Source: Gemmatimonadota bacterium (lineage in GTDB: Bacteria; Gemmatimonadota; Gemmatimonadetes; Gemmatimonadales; Gemmatimonadaceae). Taken from it: a DNA stretch of 64,000 bases. The notes under the pieces are model-generated. The model had not been told where the DNA came from. It searched no databases and was given only the letters and a program-made list of their open reading frames with translations. Below are positions 21,239-29,769 of the stretch, piece after piece; within the stretch, counting starts at the first letter, position 1, and each line of letters begins with the position of its first letter. The DNA is taken from positions 15,037-79,036 of the forward strand of contig JACPPC010000008.1 in NCBI GenBank assembly GCA_016191225.1, read 5' to 3'. The translations under genes and the position numbers were made by a program.

Positions 21239-21866
21239 GCGTGCGCTCGAAGACGGCCACGAACTGCAGGCGGCTGGTGAGGGCTCCCATCACCCCGGTG
21301 TGGCAGGGCGCGGGGTGAATCATGCTGCGGAGCGCGAAGCCGCGCGACGCGAGGCGCGGAATCCATGCCCAGTCGCGCTGGTACGTCCCGGGCGACGGGA
21401 TCCCGAACCGGCGGTTCCCGATCTCGTCCATGATCGCCAGCGCCGCCCACCCCAGCGGGCCGCCGTGCGTGTGGTCCTTGAGCAGGATGTATCGCGAGCT
21501 GACGCGGGCGAGTTCGTCGAGCAGCGCGAACGGGTCCGGGGCGTGGTGCACGACGTCGATCGCGTACACGAGGTCGCACGACTGGTCGGGGAGGGGCAGG
21601 CGGCGCCCGTCGTACAGCACGGGCTCCACGTACGTGACGGCGCGTCGCCTGATTTCGACGGCCGTACACAGCTTCACCACGCCGTCGAGTACGAGGTGCT
21701 TGGCGTACCAGCCCTCGCCCGCGCCGACGTCGGCCGCGTGCGTGAGCGGCCCGAGGGCCCTTAGGGCGTCGCGCACCAGGGCGTACACGCGGCCGCGGTA
21801 GCCTGTGAGCGTCCCCGCGCCGCCCTCCGCGGCCCCCGCCGCGCCGCCGCGCGCGTCAGCGCCCAC
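21228..21866 (-). CDS. class I SAM-dependent methyltransferase
   Basis: ADVGAGEGWY motif I and DLVYAIDVVHH are present. The start overlaps the GT4 gene end by 11 nt. Confidence 0.7.
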   Translation of the reverse strand: MGADARGGAAGAAEGGAGTLTGYRGRVYALVRDALRALGPLTHAADVGAGEGWYAKHLVLDGVVKLCTAVEIRRRAVTYVEPVLYDGRRLPLPDQSCDLVYAIDVVHHAPDPFALLDELARVSSRYILLKDHTHGGPLGWAALAIMDEIGNRRFGIPSPGTYQRDWAWIPRLASRGFALRSMIHPAPCHTGVMGALTSRLQFVAVFERTHAD

Positions 21867-22977
21867 GCCGGCCTCGCGCGTCGATCGCGGCCGCGTACAC
21901 GCGCTCGTACGCCGCGACTGTCACGTCCCAGCTCCAGCGCTCCATCGCCCAGGCCCGCCCGCGCGCGCCGGCTTCCCCCCGTGCCGCCCCGTCGCGCACG
22001 AGCCCCGCGAGCGCCCGGGCGAACGAGGGCACGTCGTCCACCGACTGCACCGCGTCGCGCGCCACCGTGGATGCGTAGCCTGGGTCCCAGCGCAGCACCA
22101 CCGGCAACCCGGCCGCCATCGCCTCCTGGACCGCGAGGGGAAACCCCTCGCCCTCGGCGGGATGCGCGAGCAGGTCGCACGCCTGGTACGCGGCGGGCAT
22201 CGCCTCGGGCGCGAGGACCCCGAGGTCGGCCACGCCGTCGAGGCGACCGCCGCGCTCAGCCCCGCACGTCACGAGGGTGAACCCGTCGCGGGGAATCGCC
22301 AGCAACTGCTCGAGGTTCTTCTTGCCCGCGGCGCGACCCACGAACAGCACCAGCGTGCCATCCGCCGGGAGGCCGAGCATGCCGCGTGCCGCCGCCCGTT
22401 GCGCCGGCGTCGGCGGCGCGAAGCGCGCCGTGTCCACGCCGTTCGGGATCACGGCGATGTCGTCGCGCCCGCTGCGCGCCGCCAGCCAGCCACGCACGCG
22501 CTCACCCAGCGTCGTCACCGCGTCCGCCGAGCGCACGGCGCCATCGCCAATCGCGTTCCAGGCGGCCCGCTGTACCGCCTTCACCACCGCGCTCGCGTAC
22601 GGCACGAATCCCACGTGCTCGGTGAGCACCACGGCCCGCCTCGCCCGTCGCGCGGCGCGGCGGGCGAACACCCCCTGCGCGTACAGGGCGCCATGCACGT
22701 GCACCACGTCGGCCTGCGCGACCGCCGCCATCGCATCTCCAACGTGCGGCCCGAGGGGCACCGGGTACGGTACGCCGAATCGCTCCGTCAGGTGAAATGC
22801 CGGCAGCCGCCAGGTCGTGCGCGCCCCTTCCCGCGACACTCCCGCCAGCCCGCCCCACGCCGACGACACCAGCGTCACGGTGTGGCGCCGGGCGAGCCGC
22901 GAGGCGAGCGCCTCGACGACCATCTCCACGCCCCCCACGTGCGGCAGGCAGTAGTGCGACACGATGGCGACGTGCAT
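21856..22977 (-). CDS. glycosyltransferase family 4 (GT-B fold)
   Basis: MHVAIVSHYCLPHVGGVE N-terminus and the C-terminal EGFPLAVQEAMAAGLPVV motif. Confidence 0.85.
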   Translation of the reverse strand: MHVAIVSHYCLPHVGGVEMVVEALASRLARRHTVTLVSSAWGGLAGVSREGARTTWRLPAFHLTERFGVPYPVPLGPHVGDAMAAVAQADVVHVHGALYAQGVFARRAARRARRAVVLTEHVGFVPYASAVVKAVQRAAWNAIGDGAVRSADAVTTLGERVRGWLAARSGRDDIAVIPNGVDTARFAPPTPAQRAAARGMLGLPADGTLVLFVGRAAGKKNLEQLLAIPRDGFTLVTCGAERGGRLDGVADLGVLAPEAMPAAYQACDLLAHPAEGEGFPLAVQEAMAAGLPVVLRWDPGYASTVARDAVQSVDDVPSFARALAGLVRDGAARGEAGARGRAWAMERWSWDVTVAAYERVYAAAIDARGRRGR

Positions 22978-22978
22978 C

Positions 22979-25069
22979 TCAGTGCCCGCCGCCGCGTCGT
23001 CCTAAGCGCAGCGAAGGACCGGTTTCCTGTCGTCCTGAGCGCAGCGAAGGACCTGCTTTTGCCGTTTCCCCCCTCGCCGCCTCGAACACCGAGTCCCGCG
23101 ACACACGCACGAACACCGGCGTCGCCCCCTCCTCGCTCGTCGCCGGCTTGAGCAACCACGTCTCGCGTCTCGGATGCTCGTTCAGCAGCAGCGTGTCGCG
23201 CGCGTGCAGGTCGCGCGCATACAGGTTCCCGTCGCGCGACGCCAGCAGCGGGCCGAGCAGCGTGAACCCCGCGCGATCCTCCGCCAGCCGGCGCAGGCAG
23301 CGCTCCGGATATGTCGCGCCGGAGAGCTTCCGGCCCGACGGGTCGGGGGTGTCGGGCATCGGCACGAGTGCCGCCGAGTCGCGCATCATCGGCCGCAGCG
23401 CGGCCAGCGCGGCGCCGCCGCTCGTGCCGCCGGCTTCCATCCACGCGATCGCCGAGTCGAGCGCGCACAGGTCGATGCGCTTGTACAACACCTCGGCGTC
23501 GCCGCGGCTCACGCCGCGCCCCCACAGCCGCGACATCACCTGCGACCCCCAGCTTTCGCGCACGAACACCAGCGCGTCGCGCACCCCGGCCGCGCGCGCC
23601 GCCGCCTCGCCGTTCCAGCGCATCGTCACGAGCCCGGTTCCGTAGTCCTTCACCCGGAGCGGCAGGATCGTGCCCACCCCCACCAGTGCGGCCACGCCGA
23701 ACCCGTACACCGTCACCCGCACCGGCATCGCCCCCTCGCCGAACCGCTCGCGCAGCAGCGCCGGGAGCCGCGCCGTGAACCACACCAGCAGTGGCGCCAG
23801 CGGAGTGAAGAACCGCGCGCCGAGGTAGTACCCGTCGTGGAAGTACGCCCAGTAGCAGAGCGCGAGGATCGCGCTCGCCGCCAGCAGGCACTTCTCGTGC
23901 GCCGACAGCTTCGGCGCGAACCCGAGCGCGACGATCGCCGGCAGCAGGCTCGGCAACGGCGTCTCGAACAGGTTCGTCTGCATCCGCAGGAAGTACAGGT
24001 TGACCAGCTGCGCCCCCATCGCGGGCGTGTGCGCCGTGCCCCACGGCGACAGGTGGAATCCCAGCGCGTGCTGCGGCCCCCACAGCGCCACATAGCCGAA
24101 GGTGAGCGGCGCTCCCGTCGTCTGCGCGTTGAACCAGAACAAGCCCGCGATCGGCACCAGCACCCCCGCCAGCGCCGGCAGCCCGTCCCCCCAGCGCCGG
24201 AGGTCGCGCACGGCGCGCGCCAGGTACCAGGCCCCGGCCGGCAGCGCGAAGGCCAGCGCGTCCACCGGTCGCATCGTCGCCGCGAGCCCGAACCCCACTC
24301 CACTCGCAAACCCCAGCCACGGGCGCGGCGCGGGGCTCGCGAACGCCCACGCCATGCACGCGAGCCCGGCCAGCATGCACGCCAGCGCGGGCACGTGGTT
24401 CATGTACGAGCCCGACATGAACGCGATGAAGGGGCAGAGCGCGAACAGGCAGAGCGCGCCCAGCGCCACGCCGCGCCGCGGTTCCGCCACGCGCAGCCAG
24501 GCGCCGAACGCCGCCACCGCCGCGCCCCCCGCCAGCGGCCCCATCACCCATGGCGCGCCCAGCAGCTCGCCGATCGCCAGCACCGCCGACCATCCGGGAG
24601 GGAACTGGCCGAACACCTTGCCGCCGCCGTCCACCACGTTCGTCATCGAGAAGAACGCCGGCTCCGCGTGCGCCGGCAGCCACAGCCGCCCGCCGGCGAA
24701 GATCCGGCCCTGCATCGCCTGCACCAGCTCGTCGATCAGGAGCGGCCGGCCGTCGAACACCGCCAGCGCGATCGTCGCATAGAGCGCTGTCGCCACCGCC
24801 GCGATCGCCGCCGTCCAGCGCACCGGCGCCGCCTCCCATCGTTCGGCCAGCGCATCCCACGCACCGTCGCGCCAGAGCGCCGGGAAGCGGCGCGACACGA
24901 TCGCGAGCACGATTGCCGCGCCGACCACGATCGCCGTCCCGCTCAACCACCCGTCGAGGAACGCCCCGTAGCGGGGCTGCTGCCGCCCGCCCGGAATCCA
25001 GTTGGCGATCGGCAGGAATCCGAACACGGCGAGCACCAGCGCCGTTGCGAGGGGAGCGAGTCGCCGCAT
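22979..25069 (-). CDS. polytopic membrane protein, GT-C-like paralog 3, with a REP-encoded C-terminal tail
   Basis: ATG at 25069. The loop-1 motif is LLIDELVQAMQGRIFAGG, followed by many helices and a soluble C-terminal domain. The frame stays open through both REP copies (..GPSLRSGRQETGPSLRLGRRGGGH) to the stop at 22979, one nt before the GT4 start. Confidence 0.7.
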   Translation of the reverse strand: MRRLAPLATALVLAVFGFLPIANWIPGGRQQPRYGAFLDGWLSGTAIVVGAAIVLAIVSRRFPALWRDGAWDALAERWEAAPVRWTAAIAAVATALYATIALAVFDGRPLLIDELVQAMQGRIFAGGRLWLPAHAEPAFFSMTNVVDGGGKVFGQFPPGWSAVLAIGELLGAPWVMGPLAGGAAVAAFGAWLRVAEPRRGVALGALCLFALCPFIAFMSGSYMNHVPALACMLAGLACMAWAFASPAPRPWLGFASGVGFGLAATMRPVDALAFALPAGAWYLARAVRDLRRWGDGLPALAGVLVPIAGLFWFNAQTTGAPLTFGYVALWGPQHALGFHLSPWGTAHTPAMGAQLVNLYFLRMQTNLFETPLPSLLPAIVALGFAPKLSAHEKCLLAASAILALCYWAYFHDGYYLGARFFTPLAPLLVWFTARLPALLRERFGEGAMPVRVTVYGFGVAALVGVGTILPLRVKDYGTGLVTMRWNGEAAARAAGVRDALVFVRESWGSQVMSRLWGRGVSRGDAEVLYKRIDLCALDSAIAWMEAGGTSGGAALAALRPMMRDSAALVPMPDTPDPSGRKLSGATYPERCLRRLAEDRAGFTLLGPLLASRDGNLYARDLHARDTLLLNEHPRRETWLLKPATSEEGATPVFVRVSRDSVFEAARGETAKAGPSLRSGRQETGPSLRLGRRGGGH
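22996..23063. repeat. two tandem REP-like elements, period 33 nt, same family as 3397..3435
   Basis: gtcgtcctaagcgcagcgaaggacc (22996..23020) and tcctgtcgtcctgagcgcagcgaaggacctgcttttgcc (23025..23063). Each contains the gtcct/aggac palindrome. Confidence 0.85.
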
Positions 25070-25316
25070 CTGCCCGTCAACTTACCGCGTGGGTCCGGCC
25101 CGGGCATCGCGCCCCGCGCCCGTGGCCTGGCCGCGTGACCTTCGCGGCCCGTGGCGTGACGGCGGCCCACCGGCCGCCGGGCGAGACTCCCTCGAGCTGG
25201 GGCACGCGCGTAGCCCCACCCCCCGGCGACCGTTAGCTTCTGTCCCTTCGCGAGAGTTGCATGAGCGCCCCACGCCCGCACGCCGCTCGCCGCCGGATTC
25301 CCCGCGTCACCCCGCC

Positions 25317-26240
25317 ATGCCCGACCGCCCGCACCGCGACTTCCTCGCCATTCCCGACTTCTCGCGCGACGAGCTCGAGCGGCTCTTCGACCTCGCCGAG
25401 CGCATGCGGCTCGGCCTCTACCAGTCGAAGCCCATGGCGGGCAAGTCGCTCGGCATGATCTTCCTCAAGGCGTCCACTCGCACCCGCGTGTCATTCGAGG
25501 TCGGCGCCTGGCAACTCGGCGGGCACGCCAGCTTCCTCTCCAGCCGCGACGTGCAGCTCGGGCGCGGTGAGCCGATCGCCGACACGGCGCGCGTCCTGTC
25601 GCGGTTCGTGGACGCGATCATGATCCGCACCTTCGCGCACTCCGACGTCGAGGAACTCGCCCAGTACGCCGACGTCCCGGTCATCAACGGGCTCACCGAC
25701 CTCCTCCACCCCTGCCAGGTCCTCGCCGACGTCCTCACCGTGCGGCAGCACCTCGGGTCGATCGGCGACAAGGTCGTGGCCTGGGTCGGCGACGGGAACA
25801 ACATGGCCAACTCCTGGCTCAACGCCGCCTATCGCCTCGGCTTCGAGCTGCGGCTCGCCTGCCCGGCGGGCTACGAACCCGACGTGAGGGTCCTCGCCCG
25901 GGCGCAGGCGCATGGGAAGGTCATCGTCACCCGCGACCCCGCCGAGGCCGTCGCCGGTGCCCACGTCGTCACCACCGACGTCTGGGCCAGCATGGGCCAG
26001 GAGGAGGAGCAGGCCGTGCGCGAGAAGGCCTTCGCCGGCTACCGCGTGGACGACGCCCTGATGGCGCGCGCCGACCGGCAGGCGATCTTCCTCCACTGCC
26101 TCCCCGCCCACCGCGGCGAGGAGGTCACCGCGAGCGTGATCGACGGCCCGCACAGCCGCGTCTGGGACGAGGCCGAGAACCGCCTGCACATCCAGAAGGC
26201 GATCATGGCCACCCTCGTCGGCGGCGAGCCCCTCTCCTGA
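25317..26240 (+). CDS. argF: ornithine carbamoyltransferase
   Basis: Motifs STRTRVSFE, HPCQVLAD and HCLPAHRGEE are present. 307 aa. Confidence 0.95.
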   Translation: MPDRPHRDFLAIPDFSRDELERLFDLAERMRLGLYQSKPMAGKSLGMIFLKASTRTRVSFEVGAWQLGGHASFLSSRDVQLGRGEPIADTARVLSRFVDAIMIRTFAHSDVEELAQYADVPVINGLTDLLHPCQVLADVLTVRQHLGSIGDKVVAWVGDGNNMANSWLNAAYRLGFELRLACPAGYEPDVRVLARAQAHGKVIVTRDPAEAVAGAHVVTTDVWASMGQEEEQAVREKAFAGYRVDDALMARADRQAIFLHCLPAHRGEEVTASVIDGPHSRVWDEAENRLHIQKAIMATLVGGEPLS

Positions 26241-26262
26241 GCGACCCACACCCCAGGCGCCC

Positions 26263-27030
26263 ATGAGCAAGCTCGACGGACTCCTCGGCGGCAGCGCCCG
26301 CCAGCTGCGCGGCCGCACGCCCATCGCCCCCGGCGAGGTCAAGCTCTCGGTGCTCATCCCCGTCTTCGACGAGGAGAACACGATCGCCGACGTCGTGGCG
26401 CGGGTGCGCGACACCGGCGTCAACGTCGAGATCATCTGCGTCAACGACAAGTCGCGCGACCGGTCCGGCGCGATCCTCGACGAGATGAAGGCCGCCGGCC
26501 TGGTGCACACGGTCATTCACCAGCCGGTGAACCGCGGCAAGGGCGCCGCCATCCGCACCGCGATCGCGGCCAGCACCGGGAACGTGGTGATCGTGCAGGA
26601 CGCCGACCTCGAGTACGACCCGTCGGACTGGCCCGCGCTGCTCGAGCCCATCGTCGATGGCCGCGCCGACGCCGTCTTCGGCTCGCGCTTCCTCGGCGGC
26701 CCGCACCGCGTCCTCTACTTCTGGCACTCGGTTGGGAACACGGTGCTCACGACGCTGAGCAACATGTTCACCAACCTGAACCTCACCGACATGGAGACCT
26801 GCTACAAGGCGATGCGCGGCGACCTCGCGCGCTCGCTCAGGCTCACGGCGGACCGGTTCGGCTTCGAGCCCGAAGTGACGGCGCGCCTGGCACGGCGCGG
26901 GGCCCGCATCTATGAGGTTCCGATTTCGTACGCAGGGCGGACGTACGCCGAGGGCAAGAAGATCAGCTGGAGGGACGGCGTCGCGGCGATCGGGCACATC
27001 GTGCGCTTCAACCTGCTCGACAACGGTTAG
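26263..27030 (+). CDS. glycosyltransferase family 2 (polyprenyl-phosphate sugar synthase / Dpm1-like)
   Basis: LSVLIPVFDEENTI, VNDKSRD and the QDADLEYDP DxD region are present. It starts 22 nt after argF. Confidence 0.9.
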   Translation: MSKLDGLLGGSARQLRGRTPIAPGEVKLSVLIPVFDEENTIADVVARVRDTGVNVEIICVNDKSRDRSGAILDEMKAAGLVHTVIHQPVNRGKGAAIRTAIAASTGNVVIVQDADLEYDPSDWPALLEPIVDGRADAVFGSRFLGGPHRVLYFWHSVGNTVLTTLSNMFTNLNLTDMETCYKAMRGDLARSLRLTADRFGFEPEVTARLARRGARIYEVPISYAGRTYAEGKKISWRDGVAAIGHIVRFNLLDNG

Positions 27031-27031
27031 T

Positions 27032-27076
27032 CATCTCGAGCGGAGCGCCGCGCAGCGGCGCGGAGTCGAGAGATCT
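27032..27076. terminator. GC-rich hairpin between convergent genes (bidirectional terminator or REP-like element)
   Basis: The core is a perfect 7-bp stem gcgccgc-gca-gcggcgc at 27045..27061 with imperfect outer pairing (catctcgag / ctcgagagat). There is no U-tract. Confidence 0.45.
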
Positions 27077-27096
27077 CATGAGCGCAGACTCCCGCC

Positions 27097-28239
27097 CTAC
27101 CGCCGCTTCAACCCCAGCACACTCAGGAAGAAACTCGCCAGCACCCCCTGCGCTCCCAGCACCATCAGCAGCGCCGCCGGGATCACGATCCGCATCGTCC
27201 GCCCCACATCCATCGCGCCGTACCCCGTCCCGGCCCACGCGGTCACGCTCAGCACCGCCAGCGCCAACCCGGCCACCAGCACCACCCCGCTCACCACGAG
27301 CCCCGTCTCGAGCGTCACGTAGCGGTACAGCCGGTCCACCCGCAGGTCCGGCGGCACCAGCCCCTCCTGCACCGCGAACGTCTTGGTGAACACGGCGAAC
27401 AGCACGCTCTGCGCGCCGAGCAGCACGGCCGCCGACGCGAACAGCATCGTGTGCACGTCGAAACCGAGCCCCGCCACCACGCGCGGCCCCGGGATCAGCC
27501 ACGCCATCACCGCCGCGCCCACCGCGAACAGCAGCAGCCCCGGCACCAGGAACAGGTACCGCGGGCTGTAGAGCAGCAGGAACCGCAGGTGCCGCCAGCC
27601 GTCGCGCCAACTGCGCAGGTGCGGCGGCCGCGTCCGCCCGTCGGGCCTGAGCGTTGTCGGCACCTCGCTCACCCGCATTCCCATCAGCGTCGCCTTGACC
27701 ACCATCTCGCTGGCGAACTCCATCCCCGTCGTCCGCAGCCCCATCGCGATCGCCGACGACCGCTTGAATCCCCGCAGCCCGCAGTGGAAGTCCTTGACCG
27801 GGCTCTGGAACAACATCCGTCCGATCGACGTCAGCACCGGGTTGCCCAGGTAGCGGTGCAGGTGGGGCATCGCCCCCGGGGAGATTCCGCCGGCGAAGCG
27901 ATTCCCCATCACCAGGTCGTCACCCGCGCGCAGTCGCTCCACGAAGGCGTCGAGGTTGGCGAAGTCATACGACGCATCAGCATCGCCCATGATCACGAAC
28001 TCGCCCTGCGCGGCCGCGATCCCGCCACCGAGCGCCGCGCCGTACCCACGCTCGCGAACGGCCACCACGCGGGCGCCGGCTCGCTCAGCGAGCTGCTGCG
28101 AACCGTCGGTGCTCCCGTTGTCGGCGACGATCACCTCGCCGCTCACGCCGGACCGGGCGAGGAAGCCCCGCGCCTGCTCCACGCAGGCGGCGACCGTCTC
28201 CGCCTCGTCCAGGCAGGGCATGACTATGCTTAGCTCCAT
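27097..28239 (-). CDS. glycosyltransferase family 2 with C-terminal transmembrane domain
   Basis: MELSIVMPCLDEAETV, VADNGSTDGS and the MGDADASYD DxD motif, followed by about four C-terminal helices. Confidence 0.85.
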   Translation of the reverse strand: MELSIVMPCLDEAETVAACVEQARGFLARSGVSGEVIVADNGSTDGSQQLAERAGARVVAVRERGYGAALGGGIAAAQGEFVIMGDADASYDFANLDAFVERLRAGDDLVMGNRFAGGISPGAMPHLHRYLGNPVLTSIGRMLFQSPVKDFHCGLRGFKRSSAIAMGLRTTGMEFASEMVVKATLMGMRVSEVPTTLRPDGRTRPPHLRSWRDGWRHLRFLLLYSPRYLFLVPGLLLFAVGAAVMAWLIPGPRVVAGLGFDVHTMLFASAAVLLGAQSVLFAVFTKTFAVQEGLVPPDLRVDRLYRYVTLETGLVVSGVVLVAGLALAVLSVTAWAGTGYGAMDVGRTMRIVIPAALLMVLGAQGVLASFFLSVLGLKRR

Positions 28240-28696
28240 GCCGAAAACTTACCGCGTCGCGCCGGACTTCACCCTCCCCGACGACAAGGGCGAGCCCGTC
28301 ACCCTGTCCTCGTTTCGCGGCAAGACGGTCGTGCCGTACTTCTAGCCGAAGGGCGACACCGTCGATCGCGCCGTGTCTTCCCGCTGCGACAGCGCGCACG
28401 GAGTTCCAACAGACAAGTGGCAAGAATGCCTGAATCCCGCGATGGCGCGAGGCCGTGTCCTCGCGGCCCCGTGATTGCCCGCCCGCTGCGACCTTGGCCG
28501 ACGACAAGGAGCTTCGAGACGTCCCGCGCGGCGAAAGTGGTGCTCGTCCGCGGAGAGCCCGGCTCGGCTCGGTCCGCTAGAGGCGACCTGCGAATGCTCC
28601 ATCGTCCTCGCCGGTCATGCGGCTGCGGGCCGACCTCGTCTCTCGTGAAGATGCGCGCCTGGCCCGTTCCGTGCCTGCCGAAGCACGCCTTCGCCT
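28238..28696 (+). pseudogene. decayed thiol peroxidase (Bcp/peroxiredoxin) gene
   Basis: MPKTYRVAPDFTLPDDKGEPVTLSSFRGKTVVPYF matches a Bcp N-terminus. It then hits TAG at 28343..28345, exactly where YFYPKDDTPGC should continue (the next codons read PKGDT). Downstream there are only shifted-frame echoes (..TLADDKELRDV..). The end coordinate is approximate. Confidence 0.6.
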
Positions 28697-28789
28697 GAAA
28701 CGGCGTGAGGGAACACCTGATGCCTGTTCCGCGCCATTTAGAGAGATATCGTCGGTAGGGAGCGTCGATACTCACGAAGGGAGATTGCG

Positions 28790-29677
28790 ATGACACCAGG
28801 ACCTCGGGCGTCACGTGGGCTATTGCTTCTTGCGGTCGTGCTCGCCGCATGCTCGGATTCCCTCGCCGTTCATGCCGATCCGTCGCGGGCACGGCTCGCC
28901 GAGAGCGTCTCCGGCGCAGCGGCCGCAGCGCTCCAGGTCGATGGCACTTTCCGAAGAGACAATCCTCAGTTCTTCGGCGCGGCGGCCCTCATCGACGCGC
29001 GCCGCGCGACTGATCTCGCAACAGCGTTTATCACTTGGTACGGCAGGTTCTTCGAACCCGCGTGGAGGGAGCAGCGCGGAACAGCGATCGATGCCAGGTC
29101 GCTCGTTGCGTGTGGGACTGCGCAATTTGTCGATTCTCCCTACGAGCCCATCGTCACCGAGGCCGGGTGGGCCGTGCGCAAGGCATTCGGACCACGATTC
29201 CGGGTGTCGATGTGCGCAGGAGGCGTAAGGCAGGTGGTGGTCTCGGTCTCCGCTCTTGCCACGGACGTTTCGCTCAATCGGGATGGGCTCGAGCCGGCAG
29301 AAGATCTACTTGTGACGTTCGCTGCCGCGGCGTTACCACCCGATTGGGAGGTGCCAATCGACGCGGAGGAGGCTGCGCAGCAGCTCGCAACAGTGCTGGG
29401 TGTGCGAATCAGCACGGTGCCCCGTGTCACGGCCACCCCTTCAGGGATGCAGTTCATTGGCCAATGGGACGCGAGGCTTGAGCGGTCGGTGCTTGTGCGT
29501 GATCGTGCGGGGTCGAGGGAACAGCGTCAGGACCGCATCGTCCTCGCGGACGACGGACATCGCCGCGCAGTGCTGTATCGCCTGGACTCGACATCGATGC
29601 TTCCACCAGTGTCGACCATCGCGGCACCGTCGGCCCAAATCAAGCGTGGCTGGCCAGCGACAGTGCGGCTGCACTAG
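28790..29677 (+). CDS. hypothetical lipoprotein, island paralog A
   Basis: GGGAG is upstream of the ATG. The lipobox is LAVVLAAC-S. Visibly lower GC3 than flanking genes. Paralogous to 31137..32066. Confidence 0.7.
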   Translation: MTPGPRASRGLLLLAVVLAACSDSLAVHADPSRARLAESVSGAAAAALQVDGTFRRDNPQFFGAAALIDARRATDLATAFITWYGRFFEPAWREQRGTAIDARSLVACGTAQFVDSPYEPIVTEAGWAVRKAFGPRFRVSMCAGGVRQVVVSVSALATDVSLNRDGLEPAEDLLVTFAAAALPPDWEVPIDAEEAAQQLATVLGVRISTVPRVTATPSGMQFIGQWDARLERSVLVRDRAGSREQRQDRIVLADDGHRRAVLYRLDSTSMLPPVSTIAAPSAQIKRGWPATVRLH

Positions 29678-29769
29678 ACCGATGCCGCTCGGCCGGCACG
29701 CGTACAAGTGAGGGCTCAACCACGACTCTTCCTAGCCGCTGCACGCGGCGCTCCCGGATCGCGATCGGA

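Noticed and set aside
22996-23063. A 33-nt periodic repeat considered as a mini CRISPR array
   Set aside because: There are only two units and no cas genes. The units are internally palindromic REP-type elements, a third inverted copy lies 20 kb away, and the spacers are 8 nt.
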